Shown here: positions 1-8,814 of the stretch, in pieces
How the letters are laid out: each line of letters opens with the position of its first letter
Position numbering within the stretch: position 1 is the stretch's first letter
IMG/VR virus record: IMGVR_UViG_3300042560_002070
DNA from: an uncultured virus (IMG/VR IMGVR_UViG_3300042560_002070)
Lineage: Duplodnaviria > Heunggongvirae > Uroviricota > Caudoviricetes
Reading direction: 5' to 3' (one strand)
DNA: 64,000 bases
Translations under genes and position numbers: made by a program
Notes under the pieces: model-generated
What the model was told of the DNA's origin: nothing
Seen by the model: the letters and a program-made list of their open reading frames with translations, nothing else
Databases searched by the model: none

Positions 1-29
1 CAACTTGAACCCAAGCAAGGTGAGTAACC

Positions 30-419
30 GTGGCAAACAAAACCGTTGTTTTCAACAATCAAGTTTACAGTGGCACGGCAGGACTAACGCTCTTGCTCAT
101 TTCACCGACCGATGGAAGCATTGGCAACGGTGCTGGTGATACGTTGACTGCTGGAAGCAACGGTTTGTTTTCGTGTATTGTCACGGAGAACATCACTGGC
201 TGGTGGCATGTCGTCGTGAAGAACGGGGCAACTGCGATCCTTGAAGGTGGACAGGTTTATTTCCCATCGGATACGCTTGGTACTTATCGCGTGGATGATG
301 TTGCAACGTCCACACAAGTAGCCGCTGTTCAGGCCAAGACGGACAACTTGCCCGCTGACCCTGCTTCAGCATCTGACATAACCAGCTTACAAAATAACTC
401 CCCAACGGAGGCTTACTAA
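30..419 (+). CDS. Probable virion/tail-associated protein
   Basis: 129 aa, Gly/Thr-rich beta-type sequence; AKTDNLPADPA motif of the kind seen in phage fibre-associated proteins; stop overlaps next start. Confidence 0.6.
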   Translation: MANKTVVFNNQVYSGTAGLTLLLISPTDGSIGNGAGDTLTAGSNGLFSCIVTENITGWWHVVVKNGATAILEGGQVYFPSDTLGTYRVDDVATSTQVAAVQAKTDNLPADPASASDITSLQNNSPTEAY

Positions 420-1039
420 TGCTCGCTGATGTAATTAAGAATATCCCTAATTATCAATCTCTCTCTTCCCAGGAAATTCTTGGATATCTGGGAGAGACTG
501 TTACCGTTTCTAACGACAAGGCTTATACGGTCAAAGACTTTGAGGATATGGTTGTTAGTGGTCACTTCACTCTCAATGAAGTCAACCAGATACTTGGCAC
601 TTTGCAATCAACTCCTCTATTCAATTCTGCTTACATCGCAATGTCCACTGGTGCGGGATTGGAGCTTGCATCACCCGCTAGACAACAACTTGTGTCTACA
701 ATGGCTGATGCTGCTCAGTGGGGCGAAGAATTAAAGACCAAAGTTCTTTCGCTCGGTAGCAAGACAGTCAATCGATATGAGCAACTTGGCTTATCGTCAC
801 TTCCTACTGCTCAAGAGATTGAAGCGGCATTAGTGCCAGTGGTTCCAGATGTCCAGTCTCACGAAGTCTTGCTCACGGTGAATCGTCAACCCGATGGTAC
901 AACACTGGCTATGGCTCGCGTAACTCCCGTTGGTTTGGTCAATGGTGTTGTCGTAACTCGCGGTGAACCTAGAGTTATCGTCAATGGTGACTTGTCTGAT
1001 ATTGTTGCACCAATCTTGGAAGGTCTAATCAATGGCTGA
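419..1039 (+). CDS. Hypothetical protein, virion module
   Basis: 206-aa ORF coupled to both neighbours. Confidence 0.75.
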   Translation: MLADVIKNIPNYQSLSSQEILGYLGETVTVSNDKAYTVKDFEDMVVSGHFTLNEVNQILGTLQSTPLFNSAYIAMSTGAGLELASPARQQLVSTMADAAQWGEELKTKVLSLGSKTVNRYEQLGLSSLPTAQEIEAALVPVVPDVQSHEVLLTVNRQPDGTTLAMARVTPVGLVNGVVVTRGEPRVIVNGDLSDIVAPILEGLING

Positions 1040-2813
1040 TAGATGGGCAGTAGCAACAGGTAATTGGTCAAATACGGCAACGTGGAATGGTGGTACTCTG
1101 CCCGTAGCCGGTGATATTGTGCGTCCTAATGGATACACAGTTACGATAGATCAGGATATTACCGTGACTGAGTTGCGAAATGATGCCAGTTCTCCAGCGG
1201 TGGCGGGTGGTACGTTTTCTGTTTCCACAGCAAGAACAATAAATGCGAATGTCACAAGCTATACTAATTCACATTTTGTACTTAGTACACCACCTGCTGG
1301 AATTACTGTAAATGTAAATGGAAATGTTACTGCAAGAGGTAATGTTACTGGGTATGGTATCAATCATACCGGTGCTGGAAACCTAAATATAATTGGTAAT
1401 GTCACAGGTGATCCAACTGGAACGCCTAGATATTCATGTACTGGTCTTGGGGTAACTAATGGCACAGTTACAGTTACAGGAACGGTGGCAGCATACGAGA
1501 ACGCGCAAGCGGGTATAGTTATTAGTGGCGGGCAATTAACCGTAGTTGGTAATGTAGATTGTCGAATTTGGAATGGTGGAGGTGGGTCTGGTTGGGGAAT
1601 AAATTGTTCTGGGTCTGCAATTGTAAATGTTATTGGAAATGTTTATGGAACAGAAACAGTTATATCGTTAGTTGGTATAAATAACGCCCCGACACTTAAT
1701 GTAACAGGAACGGTGTATGCGCGTGGGATCAACGGTGGTTCAACTTGCACTATAAATGGAACTTTGGAACCAAATACAAATTACGCATCAATTATTGGTT
1801 CTCCTTCCACCTTGATTTTAAATGGTAATTTTGCCCATGCTTCAAATGGTACGGTTCCGTTTGTTATATCTTCCACTGGCAAAGTATTAGTCAGTGCATC
1901 AAATAGTTTAACACATACATATCGCGTCAATAATGCTGGTACTCCCGGTGTAGCCCGATCTCTCTACACAGGCGGTCAGAACCTCGGCCAACCAACGGCT
2001 AATCATGTTCGCTCAGGTCAAACCTACGGCGTATCAAACGAGTTTACTGGAACACTTGCAGTTCCTAGCCCATCATATGTCGCGTTGGGTGTAGCAACTG
2101 ATAATACCGTTGGATCACTTTCCTACCTAAGTTCGACTGATCTTCAAGCAGCACTATCCCCCAATGCTCCTGTTGCTGTTCAGCGTACCGTAGATGATAC
2201 CAAGGCAATTACCTTTTCCTGGCCTGCTAGTGGTGCAACCATCACCGGACAGAAATCAATTGACAATGGTGCATATTCAGCGGTATCGGGTGCGATTGCA
2301 TTCTTGAGAACTGAGTCTAATCGTCATTACTACACACTGGCCTACAACGCCAATGATCGATTAACCGTCGAAGGTACGATTCGTTACAAGATGACGGATG
2401 GGACTTATACGAAATACTTTAATCTGCATCTGTACGATGTGACTAGCGATGTGACAGTTTACCCAACTCAGCTTCAGCAAGAGGATAGGGCAGTTGAGGC
2501 ACCGATCAAGATTTACACAGGTGAATCAGGCACGCAGTATTTCTTTGCGATCGATGCAGACCAGAATCCAATCAATCTGACCGGCAAGAACCTTGAGCTT
2601 CGGTTTGCCGATACAGCCAGCAAGAAGACACTGTACACGGCGAAAACTTCAAACGGTTCTCTTTCCGTTACGCTGGTCAATAAGGTGACGTTCACTAAGA
2701 GTCTTATCTTTACAAGGTACGAGCTATCTACGCTGCGGTTTTCTTTGCGGGACATGAGTGCTGGTGAGGAGGTTTTACTGGCAGGTCCGGTAAAGCTGGT
2801 GTGGGCACCGTAG
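1032..2813 (+). CDS. Tail fibre/spike-like protein with beta-helix repeats
   Basis: N-terminal GNWSNTATWNGG, many (V/I)xGNV repeats, C-terminal INLTGKNLELRF baseplate-adaptor-like segment. Confidence 0.65.
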   Translation: MADRWAVATGNWSNTATWNGGTLPVAGDIVRPNGYTVTIDQDITVTELRNDASSPAVAGGTFSVSTARTINANVTSYTNSHFVLSTPPAGITVNVNGNVTARGNVTGYGINHTGAGNLNIIGNVTGDPTGTPRYSCTGLGVTNGTVTVTGTVAAYENAQAGIVISGGQLTVVGNVDCRIWNGGGGSGWGINCSGSAIVNVIGNVYGTETVISLVGINNAPTLNVTGTVYARGINGGSTCTINGTLEPNTNYASIIGSPSTLILNGNFAHASNGTVPFVISSTGKVLVSASNSLTHTYRVNNAGTPGVARSLYTGGQNLGQPTANHVRSGQTYGVSNEFTGTLAVPSPSYVALGVATDNTVGSLSYLSSTDLQAALSPNAPVAVQRTVDDTKAITFSWPASGATITGQKSIDNGAYSAVSGAIAFLRTESNRHYYTLAYNANDRLTVEGTIRYKMTDGTYTKYFNLHLYDVTSDVTVYPTQLQQEDRAVEAPIKIYTGESGTQYFFAIDADQNPINLTGKNLELRFADTASKKTLYTAKTSNGSLSVTLVNKVTFTKSLIFTRYELSTLRFSLRDMSAGEEVLLAGPVKLVWAP

Positions 2814-2856
2814 AGAGAAAGCCACGTAGAGAGAACAATTCAGGGAGGATTGTATT

Positions 2857-3807
2857 ATGCCAGGAACATGCGGAGCAGTAGGCTCCTTAGCCAAGCTACT
2901 CGTGGAGCCAGGATCTGGGCCACACGTTTTCGATAATCAAAGCGAGCCTTATGCTTTTATCTATGAATCGATGTCCACCCGTCGAGTGACGGCTGGTGGT
3001 CGAGTGATTTGGGGCACGCGATCTAATAGAGCCGAAAGAAACGTAAAGACTTCTTACCTTCCTGTTGGGCGGTTGCACTTGCAGCCTGGGCCTGGAGCGC
3101 TCGACCTCTGGTTGCCACGTATCCTTGGAGGGACTAAGGTTGGCGACAATATTGATCCTGCTGAGACGCTGCCCTCTTTTGGTATGTTGATCGACAGAGA
3201 TAACGGCATCTTCCGCTATGACGACTGCATGGTTGGTCAGGCTGTGTTTCGCGGTCGTAGTGGTCCGAGTGAGACTGGTGAAGAAGAGATCATCGATATG
3301 GTCTTGTTGATCTATGCTAGGTCGGAGATTACGCCTAGCGATACAAGCCCTCCGGCTTGGCCTGCATCGCCACCGACCATTCCGGTTACCGCGAACCAAG
3401 ACCCTTACATCTTCTCGCAGGGTGTGTTGACGCTCAATGGCAACTCGCGTCCATTCGATGAGTTTGTTCTTTCGATCGATAATCGATTAGCTCCGAGGTT
3501 TCGCAACTCGCTAACGCCGACATGTTTCTTGCCGCTTGGTCGACAGGTTTCTTTGCAGGTGAAGAATCCGTTTTTGACGACGACTCACTCGGATTCGTTC
3601 AACTCGTGGAATACTGGCTTTGCAGGATCGCTGGCATTTACTTCGGGTACGATTTCGACAACTGCGCAGTTTCCTCACCTGCGTAACGTGTATGAGACTC
3701 CGACTGTGCCAGGAAAAACTGAGATACCTTTATCCATGAACTTTGAAGCTAGAGCAACTGCTGCCACTGGCTATGAAATTCGGTTTGTCAACGACAGTAC
3801 TGTTTAA
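2857..3807 (+). CDS. Probable tail tube protein
   Basis: 316 aa, RBS GGAGG; GTRS, LSIDNRL and LSMNFEA pattern resembles phage tube proteins; position in tail module. Confidence 0.55.
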   Translation: MPGTCGAVGSLAKLLVEPGSGPHVFDNQSEPYAFIYESMSTRRVTAGGRVIWGTRSNRAERNVKTSYLPVGRLHLQPGPGALDLWLPRILGGTKVGDNIDPAETLPSFGMLIDRDNGIFRYDDCMVGQAVFRGRSGPSETGEEEIIDMVLLIYARSEITPSDTSPPAWPASPPTIPVTANQDPYIFSQGVLTLNGNSRPFDEFVLSIDNRLAPRFRNSLTPTCFLPLGRQVSLQVKNPFLTTTHSDSFNSWNTGFAGSLAFTSGTISTTAQFPHLRNVYETPTVPGKTEIPLSMNFEARATAATGYEIRFVNDSTV

Positions 3808-3816
3808 TGGCGACTA

Positions 3817-4911
3817 ATGGCTAAAAAGAAAAAGAAGCCTAATATAGCCAGCATTATGGCGAACCATGACAAGATGTTCCGGAGCTTGGCTCCAGGCAAC
3901 TTCGGCAAGGTTCCGCCTGTCTTTAAACAGTCTGAAAAGGAGATGCAGCAGTCGAAGAAGCCGAAGCGTCAGAAGCGCCGAGATCAGCGACGTGCTTCGG
4001 TTCAGCCAGAAACGTCTGTCATAGATGTCTTATCATCGGGAGTTGTCGATGCGATATCGGGTGCGACTTTTGGCCTTGAAACCACATTTGGTGGTTACTT
4101 TCAGCAGGGTGGCATGGCGACCTCCTCGTCTAATAGACAAGACGACGCACCGAGAGAGGCGGCTCAACCGAATGCCACGCAGGATACCTCCCCAGGTGTC
4201 AAGGCCCAAGCCAGTGGTGGTGGTGGTGATAAGCCACAGGGCGATAGCCAGCCTATTGCAAACGCTGACGATGACCTGAAAGAGTTCGAGGTCGATCCTG
4301 ACTTGCAGGAGTTCGATGTTAGCGGTGAAGGTGAGTTACAGACGACTGGTGTTGGTGAGCCGTTAGACCAGCCTGATGTCGCTAGTGAGGTACAGAGTTC
4401 TGTAAGTAGCTCGATTGAGCAGGATGTTAGTGAGGCAACTGATTCGGTGCAGGCGACTGTATCTCAGGGTGTCAGTGAGCAGGTGGCAAGCCTTGAGTCT
4501 TCTCGAAGCCAAGACTTTGGTAAGGAGATGAATGAGGTCAGCGGCAAGGAGGTAAGTAGCAAGAGCAGTAATCCTCGCATCGCTAAAAGACGAGAGGCTG
4601 CTAAGAAGGAGAGGGAGGCTGCTGCGAGAAACTTCCGTAGGCAGCGTGGAGAGAGTGTGCCACCGCCTCCGATCGCTGGAATACCTAACCCTATTCCTAG
4701 CGGTGATGACTTTGAGTTAGCTAATATCCCTGGTGAAGAAAAAGCTGATAGTGTCACGTCCGATGAAAAGCGTGTTGCAGAGAACGCTTCATCATCTGGG
4801 ACAGTGGAGTTTGCAAAGAGCACTACTGGACTATTGGAGAAGATGGGCACTGAGATGCAAGCGTTAGCTGTTCGTATCAAAAACATCGAAAACATGATTG
4901 ATAGGTTATAA
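3817..4911 (+). CDS. Hypothetical low-complexity protein (basic N-terminus, acidic middle)
   Basis: 364-aa ORF filling the gap between structural genes. Confidence 0.7.
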   Translation: MAKKKKKPNIASIMANHDKMFRSLAPGNFGKVPPVFKQSEKEMQQSKKPKRQKRRDQRRASVQPETSVIDVLSSGVVDAISGATFGLETTFGGYFQQGGMATSSSNRQDDAPREAAQPNATQDTSPGVKAQASGGGGDKPQGDSQPIANADDDLKEFEVDPDLQEFDVSGEGELQTTGVGEPLDQPDVASEVQSSVSSSIEQDVSEATDSVQATVSQGVSEQVASLESSRSQDFGKEMNEVSGKEVSSKSSNPRIAKRREAAKKEREAAARNFRRQRGESVPPPPIAGIPNPIPSGDDFELANIPGEEKADSVTSDEKRVAENASSSGTVEFAKSTTGLLEKMGTEMQALAVRIKNIENMIDRL

Positions 4912-5658
4912 ATGTTTTTTAAATACGGATCCTATCAGCACGAACAGAATGAAGTTGAATTGGTTCACTTCAACATCAATCCGGTGCGCAATTCTAATGA
5001 CATCAGGATTGCTACTCGATTCACGATGCAAATAAGCGGTGAGCTTTATGTAGACCCGGGTATCGTTGGCAAGGAAGACGCTCAAGCAAATCTAACCAAC
5101 AAGATCAATCTGCTTATCAATGCGTACAAAGACGATTTTAAAGACGCTGGCTTTTATCAGGACAATGGGCTACCCACGCCGCACGTTCTTCCTAGTAATC
5201 ATCCGGACAACCTTACTGGCAACATAGTCATTAACCGCAACTGGCCAATGGGTGACGGTAATGAATACGCCACCAAAAGGACGTTCTCTGTTGGTATTTC
5301 GGCTCTATTTAAAAACGCCTACAGCAACATAGTGGAGTATACAGATTCGATCGCGCAGCAAGGTGATGGTGGTCCAGTTATCAAGTGGTACATGAGGCGA
5401 TTTGGACCTCCTGGCTACCAGATTCTCTTTGACCAAAGCCTTGTCGTGTACGAGCACCAGGGAATGATGACGGCGCTCAATGCTTATCCTGTACCGCCAT
5501 TACCATTGTTCTCGCGTCCATACTTGCTTGGGGATCAAACTAAGATTACTCGCTTTGCTCCCAAGCGATACGCTCAAGGTTATGCGGAATACAGGATAGC
5601 CTGGAGTTACACCTACGTCTTGCCTGCCCCTACACTTGTTTTGCCAACGACGAGGTAG
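4912..5658 (+). CDS. Probable tail/baseplate structural protein
   Basis: 248 aa, abuts previous stop, aromatic beta-rich composition. Confidence 0.6.
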   Translation: MFFKYGSYQHEQNEVELVHFNINPVRNSNDIRIATRFTMQISGELYVDPGIVGKEDAQANLTNKINLLINAYKDDFKDAGFYQDNGLPTPHVLPSNHPDNLTGNIVINRNWPMGDGNEYATKRTFSVGISALFKNAYSNIVEYTDSIAQQGDGGPVIKWYMRRFGPPGYQILFDQSLVVYEHQGMMTALNAYPVPPLPLFSRPYLLGDQTKITRFAPKRYAQGYAEYRIAWSYTYVLPAPTLVLPTTR

Positions 5659-5661
5659 CCA

Positions 5662-8600
5662 GTGGCGTATTTCAAGATAAATGGCAGAGACTGTATCGAT
5701 CCGAATGTAGTCCGAGTGGAACCGCTAACGCCGTTCTCGTTGGGCTGGTTCGGCAAGACCAACTCTATGCACTTGTATCGAGGTAGGCGACCCAGTGAGT
5801 GTCACTTGCTTGTCGACAAGGAAACGCTGGATACTCTCGGCGCTGCTACGGCAACACACACGGTAAGTTTATCGCTCAATGGCACGACCGACGATTTAGT
5901 AACTGGCTTTTGGACGATCACACACATTGAAGCGATCGGTCAAAAAGATATTCCTGGTCAGGTCTTTTATATCATTCTCAAAGACCCACGGCATATGATC
6001 TCGACCGTGGCAAAAACTCCCGCTCAGGTAATTGCCTCTACATGGGAGGAAGAGCTGTGGCCGAACAATAGCACCTACACCTATCAGCAGGTTTTGCAGC
6101 AATACTGGGATCTGATGCCTGCCTTCAACAGGGCAAACAGTGTCACTTGCCCAGTTTTAGCTTCTACGCCAGTGAGCTTTGCAGAAAACATTTGGTGCGA
6201 AGGCGAGACCGTCTGGGAGTGTATATGCCGAATCCTGGCTGCGTGTGGTCATGTTGGGGTATTCGATTCGGTGTCTGGGACTTATTCGTTCCTCCAGGCG
6301 GACGCGACACAGGCTGGCCTAGAGTCGGCCTACAATGCTGCCACCAACTCCCTGCTTTGGGATGGCGACGTACCGGCTGGCCTTAATGCGGGCAATGCTC
6401 CTGCTTCTGTGGGTGTCTCGTTTCGGCCATCGAGGACGGCACTAAGCTTCAGACTTCCGCTGTCCGTTGATGAGTACGGATCAAAGCAATCGATACAGAC
6501 TTTACTACCTGGAGCTAAGAATGGTTCGGTAATGAATGTTATCGATACATCACGCACGAAGTATTGTGCTGAGACATCGATCATCAAGAATCAGGTTCAG
6601 CTTACCAATAGAACTAAAGATTTATCAAAGACAATTCATGGTGCGATTCGTTCTCAAAGAACAAAAAAGATCCGAGTCTATGACATTGTGTTCCCTGTTC
6701 GCATTGGCGAGGAAGTTACACACGTTTGCTTTAAGAGTTCTCGGGCTTATGGTTTCACGGCATCAGTCGAACACTTTGAGGAGTTCGATATCCTGCTTCC
6801 TGAGCCACGCAATGATGAGTGGGATGTCAGCAAGACGCTTGTATGCAAGACGATAGAACCGATAGCGGCTCAAACTGGTGAAACTCCAGCCAGGGGTAAG
6901 GCTCAGGTCTACCAAAAACCAGGAAGTTCTTTATCAGAGATACCCTACGAGATAGTCACTTTGAGCCATATAGGTACATCGGCAGTGGCTGTCGGTACTT
7001 GGGTGGTTGCTAGTCTGGATTTTTACAGTGGAGAGTATTTCATAGTGGAGAAGGGTGGTACGGTTGCTACCACGACAACCACCACACTGGTTCCTCCTAT
7101 ACCTTCGACTTGTCAGGGAACGTGCAAGTGGATTAGTAACGATGGCTTGGTATGGGTAATCGATGAGAATACGTGCTCTAATAGTACAACATCGACATCG
7201 ACATCGACCTCTACGTCAACGTCTAGCACTAGCCCTGGTGCGACTACATCGACTACGACGGCTCATCCGTGTGCGACGACGACTTTAACTCCCACTCCGA
7301 CCTCAACAACTTCGGGTGGTAATTGTGAGTGTGTTCCTCCTACGTTCTGCCCAATTACCGTAGGTGACTGCACGACGACCTACTGCGATCGTAACTTTAC
7401 AGTAGATAATGCCTGCACGTCTTCAACAACTTCGTCAACCACAAGCACGACCACCTCGGCTGGATCTACCACTTCGACGACGCCATGTGATTGTTCAACC
7501 TCAACTACTACCACTACTAGCCTCATCCCAAATTGTAGTGAGGGTTGTGAATGGTGCCTGCTGCCTAATGGAACAATCACGCTTGAAAACAAGTGCGACC
7601 CGTCATGCCCATGCAATCCGTATGCTGGACAATTAGAAATTTGTACGTGCGTTACTACATTTTGCATACCCACTCCCGATCCTCCTGATCCTCCTGATCC
7701 TCCACCTCAGCCTTGTGTTGGTGAATGCGTATGGGTTTGCTTAGGAGAAGGTAGAGGGTGGTGGTACGATCAAAAAAATAGTGACTGCTTTACCTCAGGA
7801 GATTGCAGGTGCTCTTATCCAACGGATAGTGATACATGCCCGTGTGGTCTTTCCATAACAACGCCATGTGTTCGCGAAGCGACTACTCCTTTACCCACCA
7901 CAACTACAACGACCTCTCAGCCTCCTAGTCCCTGCGATATTTGCTATACGACAGTTGCACCTAGCACGACAACTTCTTCGACCACAAGTACAACTCCAGA
8001 TCCTTGCCCAGGCCCATGTCGTTATCGGTGGAACAGTGCAGCAAGCTCTTGGATCTTGATATCTGACCAGTGCGGATCTTGCGGTTGCAGTTCGGCACCA
8101 AGCACTCCAGGGACTGATGACTGTCAAGTGGTTGGTGTTGCTTGTCGGTACTATACAACCACATCAAGCACTACAGCTAGTCCAACAACGACGACTCCAA
8201 TCGGTGCTTGCTGTATGCCGATAGGCGGGTGTTCTGAAAGAAGTCAGGCTAGTTGCACATCCGTTGGTGGAACATATCAAGGTAACGGCAGCACTTGTGC
8301 CAGCGTCAATTATTGCTCCTCACAAAATGGTGCATGCTGCATTCCAGTGCAGAACTCGTGCTACGAAGGGGTGACTCAGCTATTCTGCGAATCCGCTGGT
8401 CATGTCTTCCAGGGTGCTGGATCTACTTGTGCTTCGGTAAATAACTGCACTCCAACCACAACGACAACTAGCACGACGACCAGCACTAGTACCTCTACGT
8501 CGACTAGCACAAGTACCAGTACATCTACAAGTACAAGCACAACCACAACAGCTTGTCCGTGTGCATGCTGCTACACAGACTGCTCATGCCCTCAAGCTAC

Positions 8601-8805
8601 TATGCCAAGTCCATCATGTGCTCCTGGTTCGGTGTGGAATTGCACGACATGCTCTTGCCAGACTACGACAACGACTACGACGACTGCGGCACCAACAACA
8701 AGCACAAGTACTAGCACCAGCACTAGCACAAGTACAAGTACCAGCACTACGACAACTAGCGCTGGGACTACAGGATCTCCCCCGTCACCTCCCCCAGGTT
8801 TTTAG
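5662..8805 (+). CDS. Tail-associated protein with mucin-like Thr/Ser tracts and Cys-rich repeats
   Basis: Globular N-terminal ~470 aa, then alternating poly-T/TS tracts and Cys-rich modules including two GACC repeats. Confidence 0.85.
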   Translation: MAYFKINGRDCIDPNVVRVEPLTPFSLGWFGKTNSMHLYRGRRPSECHLLVDKETLDTLGAATATHTVSLSLNGTTDDLVTGFWTITHIEAIGQKDIPGQVFYIILKDPRHMISTVAKTPAQVIASTWEEELWPNNSTYTYQQVLQQYWDLMPAFNRANSVTCPVLASTPVSFAENIWCEGETVWECICRILAACGHVGVFDSVSGTYSFLQADATQAGLESAYNAATNSLLWDGDVPAGLNAGNAPASVGVSFRPSRTALSFRLPLSVDEYGSKQSIQTLLPGAKNGSVMNVIDTSRTKYCAETSIIKNQVQLTNRTKDLSKTIHGAIRSQRTKKIRVYDIVFPVRIGEEVTHVCFKSSRAYGFTASVEHFEEFDILLPEPRNDEWDVSKTLVCKTIEPIAAQTGETPARGKAQVYQKPGSSLSEIPYEIVTLSHIGTSAVAVGTWVVASLDFYSGEYFIVEKGGTVATTTTTTLVPPIPSTCQGTCKWISNDGLVWVIDENTCSNSTTSTSTSTSTSTSSTSPGATTSTTTAHPCATTTLTPTPTSTTSGGNCECVPPTFCPITVGDCTTTYCDRNFTVDNACTSSTTSSTTSTTTSAGSTTSTTPCDCSTSTTTTTSLIPNCSEGCEWCLLPNGTITLENKCDPSCPCNPYAGQLEICTCVTTFCIPTPDPPDPPDPPPQPCVGECVWVCLGEGRGWWYDQKNSDCFTSGDCRCSYPTDSDTCPCGLSITTPCVREATTPLPTTTTTTSQPPSPCDICYTTVAPSTTTSSTTSTTPDPCPGPCRYRWNSAASSWILISDQCGSCGCSSAPSTPGTDDCQVVGVACRYYTTTSSTTASPTTTTPIGACCMPIGGCSERSQASCTSVGGTYQGNGSTCASVNYCSSQNGACCIPVQNSCYEGVTQLFCESAGHVFQGAGSTCASVNNCTPTTTTTSTTTSTSTSTSTSTSTSTSTSTSTTTTACPCACCYTDCSCPQATMPSPSCAPGSVWNCTTCSCQTTTTTTTTAAPTTSTSTSTSTSTSTSTSTTTTSAGTTGSPPSPPPGF
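8455..8765 (+). repeat. Low-complexity Thr/Ser codon tracts
   Basis: Runs such as accagcactagtacctctacgtcgactagcacaagtacc encoding (TS)n. Confidence 0.8.
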
Positions 8806-8814
8806 TGAGGCAAT

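Noticed and set aside
7150..8765. Repeated segments as DGR template/variable repeats
   Set aside because: No reverse transcriptase in the window; differences are synonymous low-complexity codons, not adenine-specific
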